This document shows positions 12,015-23,379 of a stretch of 64,000 nt of DNA, in pieces. The stretch's first letter is position 1. The number at the start of each line of letters is the position of its first letter. This stretch comes from Mobula hypostoma. Taxonomy: Eukaryota. Location: positions 176,948,001 through 177,012,000 of the forward strand of contig NC_086099.1 of NCBI RefSeq assembly GCF_963921235.1, written 5' to 3'. Made by a program: the position numbers and the translations under genes. Under the pieces are notes generated by a model that was not told where the DNA came from, made no database searches, and saw only the letters and a program-made list of their open reading frames with translations.

Positions 12015-12639
12015 TGTGACAAAAAACCAAGTTATCAGAAGATTGATGCTAATGAGAGAGAGATAAGTGAGACAATGGAGAAACATTCAAAATGCTAATA
12101 AGAGAGAGATTTCAGAATAGTGACAGACCGGTTGCTTTGAACCCGAACTGTTTGAAGTTTGATGGACAGGCGATACCCCAGCAGGGGGATAAAAAGAACA
12201 GGTTCGCTAAGGCACGACACACACCACGAGATCACGAGATAACGAGACCCTGGAAGAGCGGTGTGCCCCCACAAGTTAGTGGAAGCTGGAGGTCTGGTTC
12301 GAGGGAACTGACCATAGACTGACAGGGTGAAAAGGGACGATCGACGGGAACCTGGTGTGTGTGTGTCCACCCTTGCCTGGATGCCGGGTTCACCGCGGAA
12401 GAACGGTCGTATACGGAACGGAGGGGTCACAGTTGGTGACCACAGAAGACATAAAAGGATTCGCCCGAAAGCTAACTGCGAAGAACAAAGGTCTGTTTGA
12501 ATCAAAATTTGCATTCTCTCTCTCTCCAATGGCACAACAGCGATTACTGTGAACTGTACTAAGCTGAACTGAACTCTGCGTCACTTGAGACTGATCATTT
12601 TACCCCTAGACTGCGATAGAGCTTGGTTGATTCCTATTA

Positions 12640-12825
12640 ATGCAAACAACAGGAATTCTGCAGATGCTGGAAATTCAAGCAACACACATCAAAGTTGCTG
12701 GTGAACGCAGCAGGACCAACTTCGTTAGTCCTGACGAAGGGTCTCAGCCTGAAACGTCGACTGTACCTCTTCCTAGAGATGCTGCCTGGCCTGCTGCGTT
12801 CACCAGCAACTTTGATGTGTGTTGC
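12640..12825. mobile_element. Palindromic Penelope-like terminal insertion with hammerhead motif
   Basis: 13-bp TSD ttgattcctatta (12627-12639, 12826-12838); the empty site is visible in the 5' LTR (~8556-8568). Inverted arms at 12675-12714 and 12790-12829. Confidence 0.92.
12726..12763 (+). ncRNA. Minimal type I hammerhead ribozyme motif (intact core)
   Basis: tagtc | CTGACGA 12731-12737 | agggtctcagcct | GAAA 12751-12754 | c GTC 12756-12758 | gactg, which pairs with tagtc. Confidence 0.82.
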
Positions 12826-13165
12826 TTGATTCCTATTACCCTAGTTCTGTGTACATGTGTGTTTTATCATTGCTAACCTGTTGCATTTATATCCTTACGA
12901 TTAGAGTACTGTGTTACTTATTTCTTTAATAAAACTTTATTAGTTTGTGTTAAACCAGACTCCAACACGTGGTCCATTTCTGCTGGTTTGGCAACCCAGT
13001 TATGGGGTACGTGACAGTACTAAAGAAGCAAAGACTGCAGCAAAGTAGATATGAAATCATTTAGTTATATTAATGTTGAAGGGGATATGATAAATGTGAA
13101 TGTCCCAGAAAGATTTTAAAATGCAAGGATAGCATAACACAATAAAGTTGGCAAGTTTAACCAGG

Positions 13166-13383
13166 CACGAGGAATTCTGCAGATGCTGGAAATTCAAGCA
13201 ACACACATCAAATTTGCTGGTGAATGCAGCAGGCCAGGCAGCATCTCTAGGAAGAGGTACAGTTGTCGTTTCGGGACGAGACTCTTCCTCGGGACTAACG
13301 AAGTCTCGGCCCGAAACGTCAACTGTACCTCTTCCTAGAGATGCTGCCTGGCCTGCTGCATTCACCAGTAACTTTGATGTGTG
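13166..13383. mobile_element. Palindromic Penelope-like terminal insertion
   Basis: 13-bp TSD aagtttaaccagg (13153-13165, 13384-13396). The minus arm has a degenerate hammerhead; the plus arm starts within stem II. Confidence 0.9.
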
Positions 13384-13999
13384 AAGTTTAACCAGGGTGC
13401 ATTTGCAGTTACGTGATTGGAATCAGACAAGGTTTTTTTTATATGGGGAAATGTTGGGAGCATAAAATAGAACTCTGACATGTTACCCAGATTAGGTAAA
13501 AGCAAATAAAAAACCAGTGCTGATGACAACTTAAAAAAAGTCTCTATTTGTGGTTCAGAAACTACTAATATATTCGTCCATGAGACTACAAATTGTGGGT
13601 TAGGCATCACTGGGTAGTGTAAATACAGGGAGAAGGCAGAGGCCTCATCCTGAATTCACATGCTGTACTGGGGATGACAATACTGGGTGGTGGTTGAGGA
13701 AATTAAAACCTTTTAAAAATGTAATTGCTGTAAAATGAATTTTTCCAAGTTAAAATTTCTGAACTTAGTACATGACCAAATGTCATAAAATGTGATATAA
13801 AGTTATTACTGGAAGAGAAAGCTACTCTGAATCAAAATGGGTTCACTTAAAAATAAAAGTCAAATGGAGAAAAATATCATTTGCACAAGCAAGTCTGCAG
13901 ATGCTGGAAATCCAAAATATCATTTGGCTCCAATTTTCTCTCACTGTGATGTTAACGTAACTGAATATACCTGAAAGTAAATACAAGAATTAAAACAGC

Positions 14000-15140
14000 A
14001 ACGTAAAGAAGGAACTTGGGTCAGGCAGCATCTGGAAATTGTATAAACAGTTGAGGCTTTGGGCTGAGGCTCTTCTTCAGGACTAAAGGAAGGGGTAAAC
14101 TGCCAGAATAAGGTGGGAGGAGGGGAAGGAGGAAAAGGTAAGTGGTGATAGGTGAAGCCAGATTGGTGGAGGAGGAGGCATGAAGTAAGAAGCTGGGAGA
14201 TGATAGGTGGAAAAGGTAAAGGTTGTTGAAGAAAGAATCTTTGAGGATAGGAGAGTAGATCATGGGAGAAAGGGAAGGAGGAGAGACACTGGGGAGGTGA
14301 TAGACAGGTGAGGATAAGAGTTAAGAGGCCAGAGTGGGGAAATGAAGAGGAGGCAAGGGGAAAAAATTACTAGAATTTGGAGAGATTGACATTTTTTGCC
14401 ATCAGGTTGGAGGCTACCTAGATGGGATAATAGGTGTTGCTCCTCCAACCCGAGATTGGCCTCATCGTAGCAAAAGAGGAGGCTATGTGCCAACATGTCA
14501 GAATGGAAATGGGAATTAAAATCGAAAAAGTTGGCCACAGGGAAATTCCACTGTTTGCAAATGGAGCTCAAGTGCTTAACAAAGTAGTCCTTCAATCCAT
14601 GTCTACGTAAGATCTCACCAATGTAGAGGTGGTGGCATCGAATACAGTAGATGACCCCAACAGAAGTGTTGTCTCACCTGCAAGGCCGGTTTGGGGCCCT
14701 GAATGGAGGTGAAGGAGATGTACTCCTTTTGCCACTGGCAGGGATAAGTGCCAGTCGGGAGAATAGTGGGAAGGGACAAATGGACATGGGAATCATGGGG
14801 GGAATGATGACAAGGATCTTACCTTTTCTCACTTGCCTATCACTTACCCTAGTGCCCCCCCCCCTCCCTTTCTCCCATTGCCACTCTTCTGTCCTATCAG
14901 ATTCATTTTTCTCCAGCCCCTTAGCTTACATACTCATCAGGCTTCACCTTCTAGCTCGTCCTCCCCCTCCCACATCTTTTTATTCTGACGTGTTCCCCCT
15001 ACCTATCCTGAAGAAGGATCTTGGCCCCACTACATTCACTGGTTATTTATTCTTTTCCATAGATGCTCTATGACCCACTAAGTTCCTCCAGCATTTTCTG
15101 TGTTGCTCTGGATTTCCAGCATCTGCTGGATCTTGTGTTT
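14000..15140. mobile_element. Older inverted pair of Penelope-like 3' fragments
   Basis: Minus arm encodes ...FNSHFHSDMLAHSLLFCYDEANLGLEEQHLLSHLGSLQPDG with a degenerate hammerhead at ~14045-14085; the plus arm has ctgaagaagg at ~15008 and the same tail. Confidence 0.7.
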
Positions 15141-15551
15141 TTAAAAATTCCACATATGATTTTTTTTCACAACTATATAGATAGGAAATGGAAACAAATA
15201 CCACTTCATGTGATTAAAATGAAATTGCACAAAATATTTAATTCAGAAAATTACATGTTTGAGAATGTTTTACCAACCTCTTCCCTCTTCTGTTCCTTTA
15301 TAAATACAATTTTAATTCAATTTTGTCATAGGGTACATAAATAAATCCATGATTTATCTGAAAGCAACAAGCTACAGATGGTGGAAATCTGAATTCGTAA
15401 AAAGAAAGGGAAGTCAGTTATGAAACACTTTTCTCTACACAGATCCTGTCTGATCTGAATATTTCCAGCATTTCTTTACCTGCTGTTCACAAACAATAAC
15501 TGACTTACTGCCGTTGCCTACATTTTCTAGCTCAAGTCCAGCAGTCAATTG

Positions 15552-16469
15552 TTATTTCTTTTTCTTTTTTGGCTTCCGAATTTTATTTGGATTTGGAATT
15601 ACTTTCTTTATTTTTAAAGGCAGCAACATCATTCCTGCTTTTTTCTTTGTCGTACTACAGAATTCCAGAGGACTGTCTTTTGATGCAATTTCACAGAATT
15701 TACGCTTCTGACTTTGTGGAAATGCAACATCCATTTCTTCTGTCATTGGCATTTCATTGGTCCCTTCAAACTCTGTCTCTAATTCTTCAGCACTCTCAAC
15801 TTGCTGACTTTCCTGCATCCATGAAATATTTAAAGGTGGCACCTGTGGGCCAATAGCATTAATCATTTCAATAAAAGTTTCTGAATTCTTTTTAAATCCC
15901 AGTGCAAGTGTAGATTTTAAGCCCAATAAAGGTGCCACAGTTTCACTCAGTTGGGGAACCTGACAGGCAGGGACTGTTCTACTTACGCTTAGCTGAATGA
16001 GATGCTGGGTCATAATAGGAGGTTTCACTGACTTGCACACCAGAACCAAACATAATTTGTCCTTCTCTAAGCCTCGAGTTACTTCATTGATTCCAATAGC
16101 CAGCTGTTTCCGAAGTTCCACATTAGTCCATCCTTGCTTGGTCTCTGGGCCTCTAATCACTTTATCATCCTCTTTCAAGTCTTCAATCTTCTGGCCTTCT
16201 CTGATTCCTTCAACATTCTCTTCCATACTTCTATTTTCTTGATTTTTTGATGTCTTGGTAGCTCTTGGTTTCCTAGGCTTCTGAATTGATTCCTGTTTGT
16301 ACAGATTAATCTGTTGAAACGTTTCCTGCAACTTCTTTAAGATGAATTCCATGCTTCCCTGGTTCAAAGGACACCAATCAAAAGCAAAAGGATTGCTGAA
16401 AGAAGTCTTAGCCTTTGGAGGCCGTATTTTCCGTACCCCTTTTTGCACTACTTTGGCTGGGGCTTCCAT
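15552..16469 (-). CDS. RPP38: Ribonuclease P/MRP protein subunit p38, 305 aa, single coding exon
   Basis: L7Ae-family domain QLAIGINEVTRGLEKDKLCLVLVCKSVKPPIMTQHLIQLSVSRTVPACQVP and basic C-terminus LKIKKVIPNPNKIRKPKKKKK. ATG (aacATGg) at 16469 lies downstream of the splice acceptor at 16516-16517. Synteny with NMT2 and OLAH. Confidence 0.95.
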   Translation of the reverse strand: MEAPAKVVQKGVRKIRPPKAKTSFSNPFAFDWCPLNQGSMEFILKKLQETFQQINLYKQESIQKPRKPRATKTSKNQENRSMEENVEGIREGQKIEDLKEDDKVIRGPETKQGWTNVELRKQLAIGINEVTRGLEKDKLCLVLVCKSVKPPIMTQHLIQLSVSRTVPACQVPQLSETVAPLLGLKSTLALGFKKNSETFIEMINAIGPQVPPLNISWMQESQQVESAEELETEFEGTNEMPMTEEMDVAFPQSQKRKFCEIASKDSPLEFCSTTKKKAGMMLLPLKIKKVIPNPNKIRKPKKKKK

Positions 16470-16869
16470 GTTTGGACTGAAGGTAGCTAAGATACAAATC
16501 AGAAAACTTGACAACCTGTTTAAAAAAAACAGATTTATTTGAAAAGCAAGCAAACTAGCAAATTACAGCAAAACTTCAAACATCTGCTATCTGACTGTAA
16601 GAAATGCCTGTGACCCAGCCCAGCCTTTATCTCATAGAGTGATGTTTACCACACTTGCTTTCCACACTCTGGGGTTCAGGTTAGTTACAGTTATATAATC
16701 ACAGAAATGCTGATCAAGGTGCTGTCCTGAGGTAGTCCCGTGTGTCTGCATTTAGCCCATAAGCCTCCAGACCTTTCCTATCCACATACCTGCCCAAATA
16801 AGTCACATGGAATATACTTTCCTTTATTAATCCATGCAATGAATTCAAGAATCAGCTTTTTGAAACTCC

Positions 16870-17830
16870 GATTAAGTCACATCAGGAATATTGTATTCTG
16901 GTCGCCAAATAAGGAAGGAGAGGGTGCAGACGAGGCTTACCATGGTGTTGCCTGGATTAGACAGCAGGTGCTATACTGAGAGGTTAGACAAACTTAGGCT
17001 GTTTTCTCTGGAGCTGTGGAGGCTGATGGGAGACCAGATAGAAACTTCTTTAAAGAGTTTTTTCTAAGTTTATAAGACTACGAGAGGCATAGGTAAAGCA
17101 GATAGCCAGTATTTTTATCCCAGGATTGAGGCATGTATTTAAGACGAAAGGGGGAAAATTCAAAGGAGATGTTGGGGCAAATTTTTTTTTCCACACAGAA
17201 TGGTGGTTCCCTGAAATGTACTGCCACGGGCAGTGGTGGAGGCGGATATGATAGATCCTTTTAAGAGGCTATTAGATAGGCAAATGAATATGCAAAAAAT
17301 GGAGGGATATGGGCCATGAGCAGGCAGAAGGGCTTGCTGTCACTAGCTTAATTAATTCAGCACAACACCAAGAGTCAAAGAGTTTGGTCCTGTGCCATAA
17401 CGTTTTATGTTCTGTCTTTAAGTGCTTTAATTCCAACACCTCCACCACTTCTTCTGGCACCTTGTTCCATACACCCACCACCTGCAATGTAAAATACTTG
17501 CCTCTCAGGTTCCCTTTAATCTTTTCCCCCTCACCTTAAACCTATACCCTCTAGTTTTAGGTGACCCTACCCGAAACTGTGCACAATAACTTTATCTATG
17601 CCCTTCATGATTTTACCAAACTCTATAGGTCAGACCTCAATCTCCTTTGCACCAGGGAAAACAGTCCCAGTCTATCCAGTATCTCCTCATAACACAATCC
17701 CTTCAGCCAAGGCAGCATCTTTGTTATCTTTCCTGCACCTCTGTAATTTAAAAAACATCTTTCCTATAGGATGGTGAACAGAACCGCACACGATATTCCA
17801 GGTACAGTCTCACCAACGCCCTATACAGGT
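16870..17830. mobile_element. Two degenerate CR1 3' fragments, tail to tail, in the RPP38 intron
   Basis: Plus fragment (~16870-17330) and minus fragment (~17370-17830) resemble the CR1 ORF2 C-terminus (VVGVWN.VPEEVVE). Confidence 0.65.
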
Positions 17831-17924
17831 GAAATCAAAGACCAGACAGCATTCAGGCTATTAATCTTCATACTTACTGGGCTCCTCTCAACTACACCAG
17901 CTGTACACAGTAAATTACATCTGT

Positions 17925-18325
17925 AAGAACACACATGATCCAGGCCATGCTCTCTTCTCACTGCTGTCATCAGGAAGAAGGTACAGAAGCCTTAAGTCCC
18001 ACACCATATTTAGGAACAGTTATTACCCTTCAGCCATCAGCCTCCTGAAACAGGATGGATAACCTCACTCTTCTCAACAATTCTACAACCTATGGACTCA
18101 CTTTCAAGGACTCTACTATTCATGTTCTCAGTATTATTTATTATCAATAGTTGTTGAATTAGTTTGTCTTCATTTGCACATTGGTTGAAGTCATTGTATG
18201 CAGTTTTTCATTGATTCAATGTCCCTTTATATCTATTGTGAATGCTGGCAAGAAAATGAATCGCGAGGTAGCGCATGCTGACATAAACATACTTTGATAA
18301 TCAATTTACTTTGACTTTGAACTTT
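17925..18325 (+). mobile_element. Rex1/Babar-type LINE 3' end
   Basis: caggccatgctctcttctcactgctgtcatcaggaagaaggtacag...actttgactttgaactttga; same family as the 3' end at 31930-32337. Confidence 0.65.
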
Positions 18326-18519
18326 GAGGCAGCTACCTTCACACCTCCCCGCAGATGTTGCAAAGACGTTTGCTTTTATTTCACTTCTTTCTGCAGTCTT
18401 CATAATGAATTATTTATTATTAATAAACAATTTAATTTGACCTTCATTTAATATTAAACAATCAGTTTATGAGTCCTATTTTAGAATACGCTTCTAAATT
18501 AACCAGTTTCCAATCTTTT

Positions 18520-19140
18520 GGTAATGGGGAAAGATTGGGTAATGCTGATGTTCAAAAGACCCAAGAATGCTTGTTCACAAGTTGCTGGAGGCTAACAGGC
18601 AGGTGTAGAAAGGGATTAATAGGTACATGTTATGTTAGTCTACATTACAAAAGGATTTGATACAAGAGCAAGAAGTTTTATTGTATTGCAGAGGACCCAA
18701 GTGAGATCACACCTGGAGCATTGTGCACAGTTTAGGTCTCTATGGGTTTGTCATGGGAGAAGACATTGAGTAGATTGGGACTAAATTCCCTGGAGATCAG
18801 ATGCATAAGAAAAGATCTTATCAAAACATGGAAAATTCTTAACAGGCTAGCTTCAGGGAAAATGGCTGAGGAGTCCGGAATTGGGGCACCATATCAGAAT
18901 AACAGCCCAGAAGGATGTTTAACACCAAGATAAGAAGAACTACCTTCATCCAGGAAATGGTAAACTTATGACACTTTCCATTGCAGAGGGCTACAGAGGC
19001 TCAGAGATTTTCAGTCAATATTTAAGATCTGGTTTCTGGGAAATAATGGAATGAAAAGATATGGAAACAGTGCTGGAAAATTATCCATGTTCTTACTAAA
19101 TGCTGGAGCAGGCTTGAGGAGCCAGATTGCCTACTCCTGG
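18520..19140 (+). mobile_element. Degenerate CR1 3' fragment
   Basis: LSRLGLNSLEIRCIRKDLIKTWKIL resembles the CR1 ORF2 end. Confidence 0.6.
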
Positions 19141-19442
19141 AGAGCAGTCCTGCCCTGGATGCAGCTGGGGCCTGATGAAAAGGTCTCCACCTGAAATGTC
19201 CACTGTTTCCCTCCATAGCTGATGCTTGACCTATTGAATTCCTCCAGTATATGGTGTGTATTGCACAAGATTTCCAACATCATCAGAATTTCTTGTCTTC
19301 TGCTGATTCCTGTCCCTATGTTTTACTTTCATTCCCCGAGAACATACATTCAAAGGTTCTGAGCATGTGCTGTGTTTCAAATAGGAGTAAGTAGGTGGCT
19401 CCTGGGCTTCCTAAATAGAGTCTAATTTACAGTACTTCCCCA

Positions 19443-20020
19443 CAGTTAATTCCACGTCCTATTCCCATTCTGATATGTCTATCCACTGCCTCCTCTACTG
19501 TCAAGCTGAAGCCACACTCAGGTTGGAGGAACAACACCTTATATTCCATCTGTGTAGCCTCCAACCTGATGGCATGAACATTGACTTCTCTAACTTCCGT
19601 TAACGCCCCACCTCCCCTTCGTACCCCACTTTATTTATTCCCTCCCTATTTTTTTCTCTCTTTTTCCTCCCTCTGTCCCTCTCACTATAACTTCTTGCCC
19701 ATCCTCTGGGCTCCCCTCCCCCTTTCTTTCTCCCTGGCTTCCCGTCCCATGATCCTCTCCCTTCTCCAGTCCGGTATCCCTTTTGCCAATCAACTTTCCA
19801 GCTCTTGGCTCCATCCCTCCCCCTCCTATCTTCTCCTATCATTTCGGATCTCCCCCTCCCCCTTTCAAATCTCTGACTATCTCTTCTTTCAGTTGGTCCT
19901 GAAGATGGGTCTCGGCATGAAACGTCGACTACGTCTTCCTATAGATGCCGCCTGGCCTGCTGTGTTCACCAGCATTTTTTGCGTGTGTTGCTTGAATTTC
20001 CAGCATCTGCAGATTTCATC
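19443..20020 (+). mobile_element. Penelope-like 3' fragment with hammerhead motif (RPP38 intron)
   Basis: Near-identical layout to 6513-7082. CTGAAGA 19899-19905, GAAA 19919-19922, GTC 19924-19926. TSD gtacttcccca (19432-19442, 20021-20031). Confidence 0.85.
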
Positions 20021-21002
20021 GTACTTCCCCAGTGTTGTTTCAGTTTCTGACACAAAACATTGTTTCCCTTCCCACTGACTGGGACTAACCTGCTGAGTAT
20101 TTCCAGCATTTTTTATTCATTTTAGAGTTCAGCATCTGCTTTTTAAAAATTTTCACTTAAAGGTAACATCTTTGACCTAATGTGCTTTTTGAAGATGTTA
20201 CTTCAGAATCAGAATCAAATCCACTTTCAACATTTTAATTTTTTCTTTAAAGCATTAGTGATCTTAGATCAGAGGGATTCATTCTAATATAGTTATTCCC
20301 AACTTATTCTCACCTCTTTCAAAAATACACCACTAATTTCAGCTGAAACAATTTCCCCATATGGGTCATTGATTGGAAATTGTTTTTTTCCCCTCTCTCC
20401 ACATTTGCTGTTTTCCTGACCTACTGAGTGTTTCCAGCGATTTTTATTTTTGTTTTTGCTAGCAGCAATCATTCTTCTAAAGGTGGTGGGGCAGTGGTAA
20501 TATTAATGAACTCTGAACCAAAGTCAAAGATCCATGTAATACTAGTTCTCATTCTTCCCTCTTATCCCTTCCAATCTACACACAAATAATTGCAAACTTT
20601 CTATCTACCACTTTTGCACCATGCCACTGAAATCATTGAAATTTACTCTAATTAAAGTGGCTATTGCCACGATGATGAACCCATGAAGACTTACTCATTA
20701 TTTTGCTTTTTTGCACTAATTTTATCTATTGTTTAATATATATTTCTTATTGTAATTTAGTTTTTTAATTACGCATTACAATATAATGTGCTACCGCAAA
20801 ACAGAATTTCACGACATATGCCAGAAATATTAATTCTGATTCTAAAGTAACTTTTTCGAAAAGCATGTTAGGTTCTCTACAGATATTAAACGCTTCAATA
20901 GGGCACATTTTGCTTTCAGGTTAGTTTAATGCCAATTTTACATACTGTGGCCCTAAAAGCTCCAGGGAGCCTGTGCAAGTTGCTTGAAAAGAGACGACTC
21001 AC

Positions 21003-21080
21003 CCACAGCGGGGAACAAAATCACGAGAAACGCCCGGACCTCGGCGTATCCAAGGCCTCACAACATCGCAGCAGTTCCCA
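21003..21080 (-). other. RPP38: Putative non-coding first exon of RPP38
   Basis: Donor tgg|GTGAGT at 21002-20997 at the edge of a CpG-rich region. The start is approximate. Confidence 0.65.
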
Positions 21081-21083
21081 ACC

Positions 21084-21190
21084 ACGTTACATCACGCACG
21101 CTGCGTAGACGATTGACCTAACGTCACACCACGCACACTGCGCGAGCCGATTGACGTAACGTCACACCACGCACGGTGCGCGAGCCGAAT
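21084..21190. repeat. About 3 copies of a 37-38 bp tandem repeat in the RPP38 promoter
   Basis: Unit acgtcacaccacgcac(a/g)ctgcgcgagccgattgacgta starts at 21084, 21121 and 21159. Confidence 0.85.
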
Positions 21191-21949
21191 AGTCCAAGGT
21201 GGTTTCGAAGCAGAGCGTGTTGGTGACGACGCATGCGCAGTTAGAGATGTCCATGTAGCATGCAGTCGTGCACTCTCAAGGCTTTTTGCCCGGTTTCCTG
21301 GCAATCGTTAACAAGCCACACTGGTGAAGGGGATGTGGGAAGAATCAAAGGTAAACTACGTATAGGCATTGAAAAAGGCTCTTACATTAAATATGTTGGG
21401 ATATATCCTGGCCCCTTCCAAGAAAAATGCTGATGCTGGAAACATCCAGGTCAGACAGCACCTGGGAAAAGAAATGAACAGTGAATGAAAATATTTTTTT
21501 AAAAACTGCAGCTGCTGTAAATCTGAAAAACATTACCGTTAAATGTTAACTGGTTAGCCTTTTACAGATGCTGCCTGACCCCTCATTACAGATGTTCTGC
21601 TCTTTATATTTTTGCATCCATTCCACATCACTTGTTACTGTATTTTCATGACTGTTTCAATGAAGTTTCTTTGGTTCATACAAACTGTATTTTGACTGCT
21701 AATTTTCACTTTGATTTGCCTGATTCCAATTTCACTGTTCCTTTTGTTTTTGTTTTTTGCTTCTTCTGTTTCTGGGGATCGTCAGCGAGAAGGATATGTT
21801 ATCATCAATCCGCACATATTGTGGTCTTCTGGTTAGGAAGTCGAGGATCCAATTGCAGAGGGAGATACAGAGGCCCAGGTTCTGCACATTCCTTTAAACA
21901 ATTCCCATACAAACGTTGGAAATGCAATAGTTGTCCTTTTACCTTTTTC

Positions 21950-22280
21950 CTTCCCACCAAAGATTCATCAGCAGCATAAATTCATCATAAAGCAGCAGTC
22001 TATTTCTTCCAATCTGATGTGGTGCATATGATGGTCATAATGTGGTCTACTCTACACTGGATAAATCAAGTACATATTTGAGACAGCCTGGCACAACATC
22101 TGTATTGAAACAAAAAGATGTTCAGACTGTGAACCAATGCAAAACAGTTTAGTTCTCCATCCTACTCCCATTCTGACCTCTCAGATTTTGGTCAATACTG
22201 TTCCAATGAGAAATGGCACATTCTCTTAGTCTAGTCATGTTCCATACTTAAGGATTCAACAATTTCAGACATTCACTGTT
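21950..22280 (+). mobile_element. Old Penelope-like GIY-YIG remnant
   Basis: Degenerate similarity to the GIY-YIG region (tgtggtctactctacactgga...cctactcccattctgacctctc...aacaatttcag). Confidence 0.45.
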
Positions 22281-23379
22281 TTTCGTCTGTATAAAGTCTA
22301 GCCAGTTCTGTTGCATTGTATTCTGTGTATTCAGGAAGCTTCCATTAGATTGGAAGGTCCCAAATACAGTATAATTGCTTTATTCAAAAGGGGAGACAGA
22401 AAGTGTCTCCCCTATAAGGCACTATAAGCTGGAAAAACACAACACATGAAATCAGGAACACTTTGACAGAAATATCAAAATTTATAAAAAAAATGTTATT
22501 TGCTTATCATATAGTGTCTACGTTACAAATTTAACCAATGTCTGACCAAGGAATTTGCCATTTTAGTATAGTATTAGTTAACTATACAGTTAAACAGAAA
22601 TTGAAAGCAACAACTATTAGGTATGTTAAGGCATATTACTTTTAATTCACACACCTTAAATGACCCAAACTTCCAGCACTTCCATGTTTGATCAGCCCAT
22701 ATCCAGTGGTTGGGCTCATCCTTCACCCTTTGTTTGGACTCCAGCTGTTTGTGCAGTCCATGTCTTTGACTACATCATTTGTCGTTGAATCTCAACTATT
22801 TTGGTTCAGCCTGTTCAAATTTTCCTTTTAATCCCTTCTATCTTGTAATTTTACTTCCTATCTTTAATAATTTCATGCTCTTGTTGTGATTTATTTCAAT
22901 GAAGGATAAATATTTTTGGTTAAAGTATTAATTAATCAGATGTTCCATTTATTTTATTTTGTATTTGGCAATCCTGATTTTCCTTTGATTTCTTTATAAT
23001 TTTTCATTTATAAATTGAAAATTATAAACTGAATCTATAGAATATATAAGTAGGAAATGAAAATAACTCAGAAAATATGTAGCTCGGGTAGTTGATGGTT
23101 GGGTTGAGGTTTTGTCTGATCTTGGCAATCCATTTGCAAACGTACGAGGAGACATCATGAAAGATATAAGTAGGTTTAGATAAGATAGCAGTTCAGTCAA
23201 TGAGCAGGAAAAGTATATTGTTGTGTATTATTAAGTGTTTTCTACAATATCTGATGTGAGTCTTGCATGATTTTTTTTGGCTGCCTAATACACAATTTCA
23301 GGGAAAAGTGGAGAGTATCCTGCACAGGGATTATCAAGCAAACATGGCCCAAGTTGTTATCAAAGTCCGAGAACAAAAT

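Larger units (their letters stand above)
7925..13016 (+). mobile_element. Gmr1-like Gypsy LTR retrotransposon, internally deleted, both LTRs present
   Basis: TG...CA LTRs, 4-bp TSD GTAC (7921-7924, 13017-13020), PBS, PPT, and gag/protease/IN zinc finger/RT/RNase H remnants in that order. Confidence 0.93.
12015..13016 (+). repeat. 3' LTR, interrupted by a Penelope-like insertion
   Basis: tgtgacaaaaaaccaag...ggggtacgtgaca; differs from the 5' LTR by substitutions, a short deletion near 12105 and the 12640-12825 insert. Confidence 0.92.
21000..21320. promoter_or_regulatory. CpG-rich RPP38 promoter
   Basis: CpG-dense island in CpG-poor DNA; CRE half-sites (ACGTCA/TGACG) and an NRF1-like CGCATGCGCA at ~21230-21239. 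Confidence 0.75.

Noticed and set aside
7925-13016. Endogenous retrovirus or SCAN zinc-finger host gene
   Set aside because: No env and no C2H2 array; the domain order and protease/RNase H motifs are Gypsy/Gmr1-like, and the frames are broken.
12640-13383. Palindromic inserts as MITEs with terminal inverted repeats
   Set aside because: The arms are unequal, differ between copies and match the 3' tail of GIY-YIG-bearing retroelements.
16470-16553. 28-aa N-terminal extension of the RPP38 ORF (MLAFQINLFF...)
   Set aside because: It starts at a non-ATG codon and crosses a pyrimidine tract and splice acceptor at 16516-16517. The real start is most likely the ATG at 16469.
21084-21190. 37-38 bp repeats as a possible CRISPR array
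   Set aside because: Head-to-tail units with no spacers and no cas genes, in a vertebrate promoter.
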